The notes beneath the pieces are model-generated. The model saw nothing but the letters and a program-made list of their open reading frames with translations. It ran no database searches and had not been told where the DNA came from. A stretch of DNA of 64,000 bases. It comes from Takakia lepidozioides. Its lineage: Eukaryota > Plantae > Bryophyta. Position numbers and translations under genes: made by a program. The stretch covers positions 18,476,001 through 18,540,000 of the forward strand of contig CM060733.1 in the NCBI GenBank assembly GCA_030704615.1. The letters run 5' to 3'. Shown one piece after another: positions 10,373 through 21,711 of this stretch; positions within the stretch are counted from its first letter, which is position 1; every line of letters begins with the position of its first letter.

Positions 10373-12736
10373 ATGACCAGTCCAACCAGCATAGATGCGC
10401 CTTATCATGGTAGGAATAGTGAGGATGTAAATGACTGGCTGGAGAGAATTCAGATGGAGGCAGATGTCAGGGATTTGAATGAGGACAAAACTTTCAAGGT
10501 AGCAAGGCTCAACCTGAGAGCCAAGGCTGATGAATGGTACCGTAAACAAAACCCTAGACCAAACAACTGGGTGGACTTCAGGGCAGCAATTTCAGCCAAG
10601 TTTGGTATCGTTGACTTGGCAGAAATTAGGCTAAGAATGGATACCATTAAACAGGAGAGTAGACAAAGGGTTCAAACATACTTCGATAGGTTGAACCGGT
10701 TATTTATAAGAAGTGGGGCGTCTGATTTGGAACAGAGGCGTAGATTTGCAGCAGGTTTGAGACCAGAAATAGCAAGAGTAATGCTGGGCAGGCGCTTCCT
10801 TGATGTAGAGGAAGCACTTGACACAGCCATTGAGATTGAAAGGGGCCTGGGAAAGTTAGGGGAAATACCTCTAGAGCCATTGGAAGGAGATGATACAGAT
10901 GAGTCAGTTGTGTTTGTTAACCCTGTGGACAGAAGACTTGATCAGCTGAACACTACCCTACAGAAGTACTTTGATAGGGGACCAGTCATAGGAGAAAGCT
11001 CGGGATCTAGAACACCACCTCGTGTTCGCCTTTGTAATGTTTGTCACAAAGAAGGTCACATAGCTGCATATTGTCCTGAAGGAAGAACCCCAGCTAAGTG
11101 TGACAAATGTCACCGGTTCGGGCATTCCACGGAAATGTGTGGTGTGAGATGCAACTTTTGCAAGCTACTCGGGCATACGGAGAGTGAGTGCAGTAGAAAA
11201 CTCGACCAAACTATGATGGGAACTCCGGGAACTAACTTTGTAGACGTGTTCTATGATGATGAGGATGATGTACTCGCAGAGATGACAGATCTGATGTCAC
11301 GAAATAGTATCAATGAAGTCAGACTTCCAAGGACACGCATACCTGTCCAGAGTCCGATTGTTGAACCTACAGGGTCACCAGAAAGGAATAGTGAGAGCAG
11401 TGAACAGCCAAGCAAGACCAAGAGTGAAATCTACCCAAAGAACAATTTCAAGAATGCTATAGAAGGAGGTACGAAATCCAGAATCTTGAACCACTTCTAC
11501 AAAGGGAGAATATCGTTGTCGCCCATGGACCTGATCATGACTGTGCCCGGAGAGCTAGACAAATTGAAAGGGCTGGTCAAAGTGGTGGAAAGAGCAATGG
11601 TCCAACAAAGGGAGACAACTCACAGTGTAGAAGTTGTGAAGGATGTACCAAGGCCTTTGTACTCAGCACACGCTGAGCCCACGATCTCGTATGCTTATAC
11701 TGGTAAGGTTAAAGCGCTTCATGTAATGATTACAATGGGAGATTACCAAGTATTAGGCCAGATTGACACTGGTGCCATGCTTTCTGTAATATCAGCTAGT
11801 ACAGTCAGGGATCTTGGTTTGATGGGATCTGTCATTACTAGTAAGGATGTGAATTACAGAGTAGCCTCAGGTGCTCTTGAGACTGCAATGGGCAGACTTG
11901 AGGACATCAAGGTCAAAGTAGGAGAACTGACCAATCGTTTGTCCTTTATGGTGGTGAACACGGATACATATCACATGCTGCTGGGATTAGACTTTCTCAA
12001 AAAGTTTGGCGCTGTAGTGGACACCGAAGCTGAAACAATTCGCGTACGCTATGGGCCAGGAAAGGATTTTGCTCACTTCCCTTTGCACACCATCAATTAT
12101 AATGAGCCTGCAGTTACCAAAACAGCCTACCATAGAGGGGTCGAGAGTAGAATGAGATATGCAAGCAGTACGTCAGCAGGTAATGTCCTAACCCTGACGT
12201 CAGATGAACAGTACCTAGGCTTGTGGGAGAAGAAAAGAAAACCAGAGGAAGAATATGAGGACACGGAGGAAGCATCCTCAGGTTCTGACACCTCTAAATC
12301 TGATAAAGATGAGGAGATGGGAGGCTCTGAGGAGAGTAAGGAGGTAGAAACAGCACTGAGGGATGTTGAGGAAATAATAGACGATGTCAACCTAGGGGAG
12401 GACTTGTTCGAGGACCAAGGGATGTCTGAACTCCTTCAGGAAGAGACCCATAAGAGCATGGCTGCTGCCATAATACAGGAAGCTTACCAGAAAGCTTGGA
12501 ATGGTGAACTAGGGAACAACAACCTAGAAATAGAGGATGACTTCCATGATTGGAATCAGGTTGTCACACAAGAGGAACGACAGAGAATGGCTAACTCTGT
12601 AAGCCAGGTGGAGGGAAAGAATTGGGAACCCAGTCAAGAGGAAGAAATGGAGAGTCGTTGGAGAAGTCTGAAATCCAGACTGCACATCAACCCAGAACTG
12701 GCCCCAGAACATAGGATAGAGCTGAGCAAGAGCTGA
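10373..12736 (+). CDS. gag: Gag-protease polyprotein (capsid, three CCHC knuckles, aspartic protease, acidic linker)
   Basis: CNVCHKEGHIAAYC, CDKCHRFGHSTEMC, CNFCKLLGHTESEC; IDTGA...LLGLDFL. Confidence 0.95.
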   Translation: MTSPTSIDAPYHGRNSEDVNDWLERIQMEADVRDLNEDKTFKVARLNLRAKADEWYRKQNPRPNNWVDFRAAISAKFGIVDLAEIRLRMDTIKQESRQRVQTYFDRLNRLFIRSGASDLEQRRRFAAGLRPEIARVMLGRRFLDVEEALDTAIEIERGLGKLGEIPLEPLEGDDTDESVVFVNPVDRRLDQLNTTLQKYFDRGPVIGESSGSRTPPRVRLCNVCHKEGHIAAYCPEGRTPAKCDKCHRFGHSTEMCGVRCNFCKLLGHTESECSRKLDQTMMGTPGTNFVDVFYDDEDDVLAEMTDLMSRNSINEVRLPRTRIPVQSPIVEPTGSPERNSESSEQPSKTKSEIYPKNNFKNAIEGGTKSRILNHFYKGRISLSPMDLIMTVPGELDKLKGLVKVVERAMVQQRETTHSVEVVKDVPRPLYSAHAEPTISYAYTGKVKALHVMITMGDYQVLGQIDTGAMLSVISASTVRDLGLMGSVITSKDVNYRVASGALETAMGRLEDIKVKVGELTNRLSFMVVNTDTYHMLLGLDFLKKFGAVVDTEAETIRVRYGPGKDFAHFPLHTINYNEPAVTKTAYHRGVESRMRYASSTSAGNVLTLTSDEQYLGLWEKKRKPEEEYEDTEEASSGSDTSKSDKDEEMGGSEESKEVETALRDVEEIIDDVNLGEDLFEDQGMSELLQEETHKSMAAAIIQEAYQKAWNGELGNNNLEIEDDFHDWNQVVTQEERQRMANSVSQVEGKNWEPSQEEEMESRWRSLKSRLHINPELAPEHRIELSKS

Positions 12737-15700
12737 AAGCAAACCAGGAATGCTTTGCTCTTAGCAAGGCTGACTTGGGATACTGCAGTGAGGTAGAACA
12801 CACAATTGACACACAAGGTTTTCCCCCTTGCAGAAGTCGTCCCAGCCGCCTATCAGAATGGGAGGAAGACGAGGTCCAAGGACAAATTGAGACTTTGATC
12901 TCACAAGGCAAGATGAGAGAGAGTAGTTCAGAATGGTCGTGTCCAGTTACCCTTCCACCAAAAAAGGATGGATCCAAGCGGTTTTGTGGTGATTTTAGGC
13001 CAGTAAACCGTTTAACCAGAAGGGACTCTTACCCTATGCCATTAATTCAGGATGTTTTAAACCAGTTGGGGAAAGCCAAGTGGTTTTCTGCGCTGGATTT
13101 ACAATCTGGTTTTTGGCAGATCAAAATGGACGACCGAGACATAGGCAAAACAGCAGTGATCACAAAGAAGGGATTGTATGAATGGCTAGTCATGCCATTC
13201 GGGCTAAAAAATGCCACTGCTACCTTTCAGAGAACAATGAATAGAGTGCTCAAGGAAGAAATCAAAGATTGCGCTAAGGTTTTTGTAGATGACGTCAATA
13301 TCCATAGCAAGGACTGGGGAGATCACGTGGGACATATAAAGAGAGTATTGAGCAAGGTTAGAAAGGCCAATCTTAGGCTCAATCCGGACAAGTGTTACTT
13401 TGCCAACTTACAGTTGGTATTCCTTGGGCATGTGATCTCTGAAGAGGGAACGTGGCCTGATCCAGATAAGATAGCTGCTATTGAAAGGTTTCCCTTGCCC
13501 AAAAACCACACTGCTCTCAAAAGCTACTTAGGCATGACAGGGTACTATAGGCCCTATGTCAAAGGATATGCTGGAGTGGCAGTACCCTTGTTCACTCTAA
13601 CCAAGAAGGATGTGAAGTTTATCTGGAGTGCAGAGGCACAAAACGCCTTTTCTGCCTTACAGGTGAAGTTGGTAACTGCTCCCATCCTGGCAAGACCAGA
13701 TTTCTCAAGACCGTTCGTCTTGGATGTTGACTGGTCCATCAAAGGAGTAGGGGCAGTCTTGTCACAAAAGGAGTATAAAAAGGAGAGGGTCATTGCATAC
13801 GCCAGTAAGGTACTATCTGATGCTCAGCGCAAATATCACCCTATGGAAGGTGAATGCTATGCCCTGGTGTGGGGAGTATTACACTTTCGGCAGTACCTGT
13901 ATGGAACCCCTTTTGTAATCAGGACTGATCACAAACCACTGGAGTGGTTGGCAACGGTAAGTGACGCATATGGACGCAGGGGTAGATGGATCATGATGTT
14001 ACAAGATTTTGAGTTTAAAATTGTTCACAGAGCAGGTGCTAGGCATGCTAACGTAGATGCACTAAGCAGGTATCCAGTGGGACCAGCTGAGGAAACCGAG
14101 GAAATCGAGGTATACTCTACTTCTCTGTACAGTCAGAAAAGAGAAGGGAGAAAGAGGGATGGAGCCTATCTTCTTAAGCTAGCTTGGGATAGGGGTGCCA
14201 TCAATGCTTCGTTATTTCAATTTAAGGAGGGGAAGGAGGAGTTGAGAGAAGAAGCTCATAGGCAAGTAGGGTATAGCAGTGAAAAAGGGGAGATGATTTG
14301 CAAAAGAGAAGAGTACTATGCATGTGTATGGGGCCTTTGGCACTTCAAGAAAATACTGTTGGGAAGTCATTTTTCTTTGGAAACAGATCTAGATCCATAT
14401 TGGTGGCTATACTCAGAGCACCACATAGGCATAGACTTACTTGGTGACTTTTCATTTGAGTTCGTTCCGGGCATAGTAAGATCTTCCACAGGTGGAATGT
14501 TGACCAAGGATCATGGCATATTGAAGGGAGAACTGAAACCAGGCATAATGCCAGATGGAGAAGGAAAGAGGGTGACTTTTGCTGCACAGACTTTTGCTAC
14601 AAAAAAAAAACAAGGAAAGGGTATTGATCAATCAAGCTCTGTCAATCTGGTGAGGGAGGGTATTTGGAAGGATAAGGGTGCAGGAAGGATAGAGGCTACT
14701 GCAATCAGCAACAAGGAAAGGGAGCATCTGATGCCCTCTTGTCCCACCATCCATGTGATTACCCGAGGATCTCGTGCTCGTGATAAGGAGCTAAGCGAGG
14801 TACATCCAGCCTGTGAACTTGTGGAAGAGAGATCGAACAATGAAAAGGGAAGCTTGCAAGAGACACCATTCCTTCAACACTTGACAAGCACTCCAACAAC
14901 AAGAAGAACGCGGGTGACTTCCTCATCAGAATGCCCAGCCAAGGAAAACATGGGGGGTGAGTGTTCCACCAAGACGTTTTGTTCTTCAGACAGTGATGGA
15001 ACAAGTGGTTCAGAACAAGACACTTCTTCTTGCAACAAGATTGATGAAGGGGACTGGGTACCATGGACCGCACCCACCAAAGCTACTCAGATGTCATTAT
15101 TACGTGAGGCTGAAAGATGGGGGAAAAGCTCTCTCATCAGCTCTGACCATCATACAGCAGCTGTTAAGGAGGAAAGGCAACCTGATGTGCTTGATGATGT
15201 GGAAGTCATGCACCTCTTATGTTTTGGAGAAGTCAATGACTACCTGACAAAAGAGGAGAGCAAGAGAGCCAAGAGGCGGGCAAGGCAGTACTCCTATCTC
15301 AAAGGTGAGGTCTACTTTGATGGAAGGGTAGTTCCACCAAGAACTGACAGAGGGGCAATAATCACTGAAGTACATGAAGCCACTGGCCACTTTGGAGTCA
15401 GAAGAACACAAGAGGAGATATGCCGACGTTATTTCTGGCATGATAGAACAAAACTCATCAGGCAAGTACTCAAGGGCTGTGGTAAATGTCAGATGGCCAA
15501 ACAGAACGGAGTGTTGCGCTCAGGTAGCTCAAAACTTCACAGCATTCCAGTAGTGGATCTGTTTTTCAGAGTTGCAATTGACACGGCAGGACCATTACCT
15601 ATAACCAGCAGGGGCAATCAGTACTTTCTGGTGGCAATCGATCACTTCTCAAAATGGATAGAAGCTGCACCAGTGGCAGATCATACAGCAGCCCTTGCTG

Positions 15701-16491
15701 CCCGCTTTCTTGAGGAAGAAGTAATTGACAGGTATAGCTGCCCACATACGTTGCTCACTGACAATGGCACAGAGTGGGGAGGTGAGTTTGAAGATACATG
15801 CCACGAATACGGTATAAAGAGGGAGCATAGCGCCCCCTACTGGCCTCAGTGTAACGGTATGGTGGAAAGGGTCATTAAGTCTCTCAAACAGAGCATCACC
15901 ACCCTAGGAGTTGGAAACGACACTGAGTGGGATCAGAATCTCTATAAGGCCCTGTTTGGTTACAGAATGGGTGTCCATGCTTCCACTGGATTCTCACCTT
16001 TTCAGGTACTTACTGGTAGAATTCCCAGGCTGGGAATTGACAACAGGTTGCATTTTCTTACAACACCAGTAAATTCTGATGGATCTGTAGCAGAGGTCAC
16101 ACTTATGATGCAGCAGAAAATCCAGCTTCTCACAGAGATGAAGGCAAAGCTACGAAAGAGTGTGAAGAAAGGGCAGCGTCAACAGGCAAGAGATTATGAA
16201 AGAAGGCATCAAACAGGGCATACCTACTGCACGTTGATGGAGAACAGCAAGGTAATGATGTTGAGGCCTGGAAAGAGGTCTTCCATGACATCTCCATGGG
16301 AGGGACCCTATGACTTTTTGGGATACAAGGATGCAGGAAGCACAACCAAGACTGGAGAAGCTGCACGAAGATGCAGGTTGAGAGATGGAGCAGACAAGGA
16401 ATGGGTAAGAAGTAGGAGGGATTTAAAACCCTTCATACCACCAATAGGTGTTCAGCCGTTAAAGGTGGTCAGTGAGGACCCTGACACTTAA
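12715..16491 (+). CDS. pol: Pol: RT, RNase H, second degenerate RNase H, S/T-rich linker, integrase (GPY motif, no chromodomain)
   Basis: LDLQSGFWQ, MPFGLKNA, FVDD; DVDWS..E..TDH..DALSR; HHCC, IDTAGP/TDNG/GMVER, WEGPY. The frame is open from 12715, -1 relative to gag. Confidence 0.95.
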   Translation, partial: DRAEQELKANQECFALSKADLGYCSEVEHTIDTQGFPPCRSRPSRLSEWEEDEVQGQIETLISQGKMRESSSEWSCPVTLPPKKDGSKRFCGDFRPVNRLTRRDSYPMPLIQDVLNQLGKAKWFSALDLQSGFWQIKMDDRDIGKTAVITKKGLYEWLVMPFGLKNATATFQRTMNRVLKEEIKDCAKVFVDDVNIHSKDWGDHVGHIKRVLSKVRKANLRLNPDKCYFANLQLVFLGHVISEEGTWPDPDKIAAIERFPLPKNHTALKSYLGMTGYYRPYVKGYAGVAVPLFTLTKKDVKFIWSAEAQNAFSALQVKLVTAPILARPDFSRPFVLDVDWSIKGVGAVLSQKEYKKERVIAYASKVLSDAQRKYHPMEGECYALVWGVLHFRQYLYGTPFVIRTDHKPLEWLATVSDAYGRRGRWIMMLQDFEFKIVHRAGARHANVDALSRYPVGPAEETEEIEVYSTSLYSQKREGRKRDGAYLLKLAWDRGAINASLFQFKEGKEELREEAHRQVGYSSEKGEMICKREEYYACVWGLWHFKKILLGSHFSLETDLDPYWWLYSEHHIGIDLLGDFSFEFVPGIVRSSTGGMLTKDHGILKGELKPGIMPDGEGKRVTFAAQTFATKKKQGKGIDQSSSVNLVREGIWKDKGAGRIEATAISNKEREHLMPSCPTIHVITRGSRARDKELSEVHPACELVEERSNNEKGSLQETPFLQHLTSTPTTRRTRVTSSSECPAKENMGGECSTKTFCSSDSDGTSGSEQDTSSCNKIDEGDWVPWTAPTKATQMSLLREAERWGKSSLISSDHHTAAVKEERQPDVLDDVEVMHLLCFGEVNDYLTKEESKRAKRRARQYSYLKGEVYFDGRVVPPRTDRGAIITEVHEATGHFGVRRTQEEICRRYFWHDRTKLIRQVLKGCGKCQMAKQNGVLRSGSSKLHSIPVVDLFFRVAIDTAGPLPITSRGNQYFLVAIDHFSKWIEAAPVADHTAALAARFLEEEVIDRYSCPHTLLTDNGTEWGGEFEDTCHEYGIKREHSAPYWPQCNGMVERVIKSLKQSITTLGVGNDTEWDQNLYKALFGYRMGVHASTGFSPFQVLTGRIPRLGIDNRLHFLTTPVNSDGSVAEVTLMMQQKIQLLTEMKAKLRKSVKKGQRQQARDYERRHQTGHTYCTLMENSKVMMLRPGKRSSMTSPWEGPYDFLGYKDAGSTTKTGEAARRCRLRDGADKEWVRSRRDLKPFIPPIGVQPLKVVSEDPDT

Positions 16492-16521
16492 AAAAAGGAG
16501 ACACACTACATATGTAGTGTG
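16490..16521 (+). promoter_or_regulatory. Polypurine tract followed by a 20-bp att-like palindrome
   Basis: AAAAAAAGGAGA (16490-16501), then CACACTACATATGTAGTGTG (16502-16521). Confidence 0.9.
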
Positions 16522-18895
16522 AATGCAGGGGGTAAAAATTCAAGTTTTTGTTTGGCATCAGGTTTCGGCACTACTACAAAGGGAGTGCCCTTCGTGCTAA
16601 TGAAGGGGAGGAATTGTCCATAACTTGAGGTAATTCCATGGAAAGACTATGCTATTGATCTGCCAAGAACAAAATATGGCTAAGTTATGACATGCACCTT
16701 TTTCATCCCTAGGATGAATGATTTTCATCCATGATGTTGAACCCTAGAAGCAGGATGTGAAATTCGAAGGGGAAGAGTGCGTGTATCTTTTCGCAGCTGC
16801 TGCAGTGGTGTTGGCAGCACAGGATATCTGAGAAAGTTCCACCTACGCAAAGGGTATCAGCTTGCTTTTAAGAGAAATGTTAAGAGCTCCTGCTTGGCTT
16901 TCTGTGCAAGAAGAAGCGGTGCCGCCTTCTTCGTAAGCAATGATCAAACCTGAGGGATCAGGTTTGTGATAAGGGCGGTGCACCACTGCTGTCGCCATTG
17001 TCTTGATGAGCACATTAATGAGGAGATGGAGCGGCTCAGCAGGTGTTGGGGGATGAGAAATGCAGGCTGGTGTGTATAGCGCCTCAGGTTGTCTGTGATC
17101 AAATCTTGTAGCTGCTGTCTGTTTTTGAGCTTTAGGACCAGATCACTTTGTAAGGGAATGTAAGCATCTTTTGCAGCTGCTGCAGTGGTGTTGGCAGTAC
17201 AGCATATCTTAGGAAGTTCACCTGCGCAAAGGGAATCAGCTTGCCTTAAAGAGCGACGTTAAGGGATCTGGCTTGGCATTCTGTGCAAGAGGAAGCGGTG
17301 CCGCCTTCTGGTGTGTATGGCGCTTAAGCTATCTATAATTAAGTTTTGTATCTGCTCTCTGTCTTAAGGGCTGTAGGACCAGATCACTTCATAGGGAAGA
17401 AATGCACATGTAGAAGGATAGGGTAGAGGTTGGCAGGCACAAGGATGTGCCAGCAGCTGAAGCAGAGCCGTCATGCCTTAATGAGGACTGGAATCACGAT
17501 AAGAAGAAACGTCGGAAATGGCTGACGAGGGAGAGGACAAGGTGCCTTCTTGACAGGCAGACCCACCGCTTCAATGAGTATAAGACAGATAAGTTTGAAG
17601 AGTGGTCCCCCTTTTTTTGGTGACTTAGAAATCGCTTTGTGAAGTTTGGACTGTCTCTTGTATGTAGTAAGAGACACTGACATGTGAGGAAGAAAAAGAG
17701 CTTTGGAAATGGAATGAAGACACTGGACTTCAAATCAGGATGGACTGGAGATGGATGCACCTGCTGTTACATTGTACAGTAGGAAAAATGAATGGAAACA
17801 GGGTTGATTCGTTGCTGGGACAGAATGGTTGCTGCTGTTGTATTCTTGTTCTTTGTTTCAGCGTCATGAGCTTGTACAAACAATCTAGCCTGGGATGTTG
17901 ACACATTGCAGTCAATGTGGAACTAGCTTAGTAGGTAGAGGAAACCAGTGAGAGTTAGATAGAACTGTTTGGAAACAACAAGAAGGGATGATGTGGATGG
18001 GGCAGAAAAACCAACATCTGTTTGGGTTTGGATCTGATTCTCAGGGTGCTCTCAGCATGTGAACCACTGAGGTTCACAGTTGATGGGAAAAAGAGAGCTG
18101 TCAGGGTGTGTAAATTGAGACCTGTAGAAGGGTTGAGAGCTGTCTTGGGCAAATGGCTACACCTGGGAAAAGTGGAGTGTGAAGCATCTGTCATTGGCAA
18201 GAGAGGGACTGATAAAAGGGCTGATTATATCTTGTGTGACCAAGGTTGATTTCAATGCTGGGTGCACTGGATGCTTGGCTGAATGCGCATTGCATTGCAT
18301 CATAGACATGCTACAGTGGAAAGAGTGAGGAACCTACTCACCCTGAAAGAAAGAGAGAGGGAGAGAGAAAAGGACATAAGGGAGAGAGCTGACCAGCAAG
18401 AGGGGATGGAGAGGAATGGATGATTGGGGCGGTAAGATAAAGAAAGCATGAACCCATGAAGGGCCAAACTGGTGGGCCTGCAACTCATGGCAGATCTGAG
18501 TTGCCTCCTTCCAAATCGTGATCTTATTACAAAGGGGATTCCACGTGTTGCTGACCAAGGGAGCTGCCCACAAGGGCAGTGGTCATCACTGACGTAGGGC
18601 TGGTTGCATCACTGAAGACAGCATGGTAACATGGCTGGTGCAGTGTACCAGGGAGAGGATGTCGTGTAGAAGTAGAACCACGGGTGAAAACAATACAGAC
18701 TCCCCATCCATGTCTTCTCTTCCGCTGCGGCGTGGATGAGGATTGTGTGAACTCTGATCATGAAGGACCTGAGGGAAACCCACACCGAGTGACGATGGTT
18801 GGATCACTGAGAGGAGAGCTCCTTTCCTTCCCTCCAATTGACCTAGGGAGGAGCACAACTAGACTTGCACAGAAGGGGATTCACGCCCCTTCTTT
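16513..18895 (+). repeat. Family A LTR 2 (shared middle LTR)
   Basis: Preceded by PPT+CACACTACATA and followed directly by the PBS at 18896-18907. Confidence 0.95.
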
Positions 18896-18964
18896 TGGTA
18901 TCAGAGCTGATGTTAAATCTTGATTTCTACTAGCTAGGGATCTTGACTGGTATTGGATGGTTTG

Positions 18965-19276
18965 ATGGCAGGAAGAGACCACACACTGATTCCTGATGAA
19001 CCAAGCATTGGAGATGTGCTGATTTGCTTCAGCAGACGCACACCAAATGCACACGCAGACCCTTGTTTGTACTTCTTCAACCCTGCTTGGAGAATAGCGA
19101 ATGGTGATTTATGTCTTAGAGTGATACATACTGGTGGAAGAACAACCATAGCACTTTGGATAAGAGAGTTAGGAAGGTGGGTGAAGATAAATACCATGGC
19201 ACGAGAGGTGACATGGGGAGGTAGAGTAGAGATGTTGCGAAATGGACAGTGGGAGTGGTATAGAGGTCAACATTAA
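18965..19276 (+). CDS. Extra upstream ORF, copy 2
   Basis: Same translation as 9990-10301. Confidence 0.45.
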   Translation: MAGRDHTLIPDEPSIGDVLICFSRRTPNAHADPCLYFFNPAWRIANGDLCLRVIHTGGRTTIALWIRELGRWVKINTMAREVTWGGRVEMLRNGQWEWYRGQH

Positions 19277-19347
19277 GGGAGTTGCGGGAAAATTAGAGTC
19301 AGAATTAGGTGTTGAAACAGTTTGAACTTTGACTAGAGAATAGAAGG

Positions 19348-21711
19348 ATGACCAGTCCAACCAGCATAGATGCGCCTTATCATGGTAGGAATAGTGAGGA
19401 TGTAAATGACTGGCTGGAGAGAATTCAGATGGAGGCAGATGTCAGGGATTTGAATGAGGACAAAACTTTCAAGGTAGCAAGGCTCAACCTGAGAGCCAAG
19501 GCTGATGAATGGTACCGTAAACAAAACCCTAGACCAAACAACTGGGTGGACTTCAGGGCAGCAATTTCAGCCAAGTTTGGTATCGTTGACTTGGCAGAAA
19601 TTAGGCTAAGAATGGATACCATTAAACAGGAGAGTAGACAAAGGGTTCAAACATACTTCGATAGGTTGAACCGGTTATTTATAAGAAGTGGGGCGTCTGA
19701 TTTGGAACAGAGGCGTAGATTTGCAGCAGGTTTGAGACCAGAAATAGCAAGAGTAATGCTGGGCAGGCGCTTCCTTGATGTAGAGGAAGCACTTGACACA
19801 GCCATTGAGATTGAAAGGGGCCTGGGAAAGTTAGGGGAAATACCTCTAGAGCCATTGGAAGGAGATGATACAGATGAGTCAGTTGTGTTTGTTAACCCTG
19901 TGGACAGAAGACTTGATCAGCTGAACACTACCCTACAGAAGTACTTTGATAGGGGACCAGTCATAGGAGAAAGCTCGGGATCTAGAACACCACCTCGTGT
20001 TCGCCTTTGTAATGTTTGTCACAAAGAAGGTCACATAGCTGCATATTGTCCTGAAGGAAGAACCCCAGCTAAGTGTGACAAATGTCACCGGTTCGGGCAT
20101 TCCACGGAAATGTGTGGTGTGAGATGCAACTTTTGCAAGCTACTCGGGCATACGGAGAGTGAGTGCAGTAGAAAACTCGACCAAACTATGATGGGAACTC
20201 CGGGAACTAACTTTGTAGACGTGTTCTATGATGATGAGGATGATGTACTCGCAGAGATGACAGATCTGATGTCACGAAATAGTATCAATGAAGTCAGACT
20301 TCCAAGGACACGCATACCTGTCCAGAGTCCGATTGTTGAACCTACAGGGTCACCAGAAAGGAATAGTGAGAGCAGTGAACAGCCAAGCAAGACCAAGAGT
20401 GAAATCTACCCAAAGAACAATTTCAAGAATGCTATAGAAGGAGGTACGAAATCCAGAATCTTGAACCACTTCTACAAAGGGAGAATATCGTTGTCGCCCA
20501 TGGACCTGATCATGACTGTGCCCGGAGAGCTAGACAAATTGAAAGGGCTGGTCAAAGTGGTGGAAAGAGCAATGGTCCAACAAAGGGAGACAACTCACAG
20601 TGTAGAAGTTGTGAAGGATGTACCAAGGCCTTTGTACTCAGCACACGCTGAGCCCACGATCTCGTATGCTTATACTGGTAAGGTTAAAGCGCTTCATGTA
20701 ATGATTACAATGGGAGATTACCAAGTATTAGGCCAGATTGACACTGGTGCCATGCTTTCTGTAATATCAGCTAGTACAGTCAGGGATCTTGGTTTGATGG
20801 GATCTGTCATTACTAGTAAGGATGTGAATTACAGAGTAGCCTCAGGTGCTCTTGAGACTGCAATGGGCAGACTTGAGGACATCAAGGTCAAAGTAGGAGA
20901 ACTGACCAATCGTTTGTCCTTTATGGTGGTGAACACGGATACATATCACATGCTGCTGGGATTAGACTTTCTCAAAAAGTTTGGCGCTGTAGTGGACACC
21001 GAAGCTGAAACAATTCGCGTACGCTATGGGCCAGGAAAGGATTTTGCTCACTTCCCTTTGCACACCATCAATTATAATGAGCCTGCAGTTACCAAAACAG
21101 CCTACCATAGAGGGGTCGAGAGTAGAATGAGATATGCAAGCAGTACGTCAGCAGGTAATGTCCTAACCCTGACGTCAGATGAACAGTACCTAGGCTTGTG
21201 GGAGAAGAAAAGAAAACCAGAGGAAGAATATGAGGACACGGAGGAAGCATCCTCAGGTTCTGACACCTCTAAATCTGATAAAGATGAGGAGATGGGAGGC
21301 TCTGAGGAGAGTAAGGAGGTAGAAACAGCACTGAGGGATGTTGAGGAAATAATAGACGATGTCAACCTAGGGGAGGACTTGTTCGAGGACCAAGGGATGT
21401 CTGAACTCCTTCAGGAAGAGACCCATAAGAGCATGGCTGCTGCCATAATACAGGAAGCTTACCAGAAAGCTTGGAATGGTGAACTAGGGAACAACAACCT
21501 AGAAATAGAGGATGACTTCCATGATTGGAATCAGGTTGTCACACAAGAGGAACGACAGAGAATGGCTAACTCTGTAAGCCAGGTGGAGGGAAAGAATTGG
21601 GAACCCAGTCAAGAGGAAGAAATGGAGAGTCGTTGGAGAAGTCTGAAATCCAGACTGCACATCAACCCAGAACTGGCCCCAGAACATAGGATAGAGCTGA
21701 GCAAGAGCTGA
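19348..21711 (+). CDS. gag: Gag-protease polyprotein, copy 2
   Basis: 787 aa, same translation as copy 1. Confidence 0.95.
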   Translation: MTSPTSIDAPYHGRNSEDVNDWLERIQMEADVRDLNEDKTFKVARLNLRAKADEWYRKQNPRPNNWVDFRAAISAKFGIVDLAEIRLRMDTIKQESRQRVQTYFDRLNRLFIRSGASDLEQRRRFAAGLRPEIARVMLGRRFLDVEEALDTAIEIERGLGKLGEIPLEPLEGDDTDESVVFVNPVDRRLDQLNTTLQKYFDRGPVIGESSGSRTPPRVRLCNVCHKEGHIAAYCPEGRTPAKCDKCHRFGHSTEMCGVRCNFCKLLGHTESECSRKLDQTMMGTPGTNFVDVFYDDEDDVLAEMTDLMSRNSINEVRLPRTRIPVQSPIVEPTGSPERNSESSEQPSKTKSEIYPKNNFKNAIEGGTKSRILNHFYKGRISLSPMDLIMTVPGELDKLKGLVKVVERAMVQQRETTHSVEVVKDVPRPLYSAHAEPTISYAYTGKVKALHVMITMGDYQVLGQIDTGAMLSVISASTVRDLGLMGSVITSKDVNYRVASGALETAMGRLEDIKVKVGELTNRLSFMVVNTDTYHMLLGLDFLKKFGAVVDTEAETIRVRYGPGKDFAHFPLHTINYNEPAVTKTAYHRGVESRMRYASSTSAGNVLTLTSDEQYLGLWEKKRKPEEEYEDTEEASSGSDTSKSDKDEEMGGSEESKEVETALRDVEEIIDDVNLGEDLFEDQGMSELLQEETHKSMAAAIIQEAYQKAWNGELGNNNLEIEDDFHDWNQVVTQEERQRMANSVSQVEGKNWEPSQEEEMESRWRSLKSRLHINPELAPEHRIELSKS

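Noticed and set aside
13279-13293. FVDD instead of YxDD as an inactivating RT mutation
   Set aside because: FxDD is normal in non-chromovirus plant Gypsy lineages and is also seen in family B (FLDD).
16504-16519. CACTACA-TA-TGTAGTG read as a minimal CACTA transposon
   Set aside because: No 3-bp TSD (ACA vs TGA), and the two halves are the actual termini of the retroelement next to its TSD, in the opposite orientation to CACTA ends.
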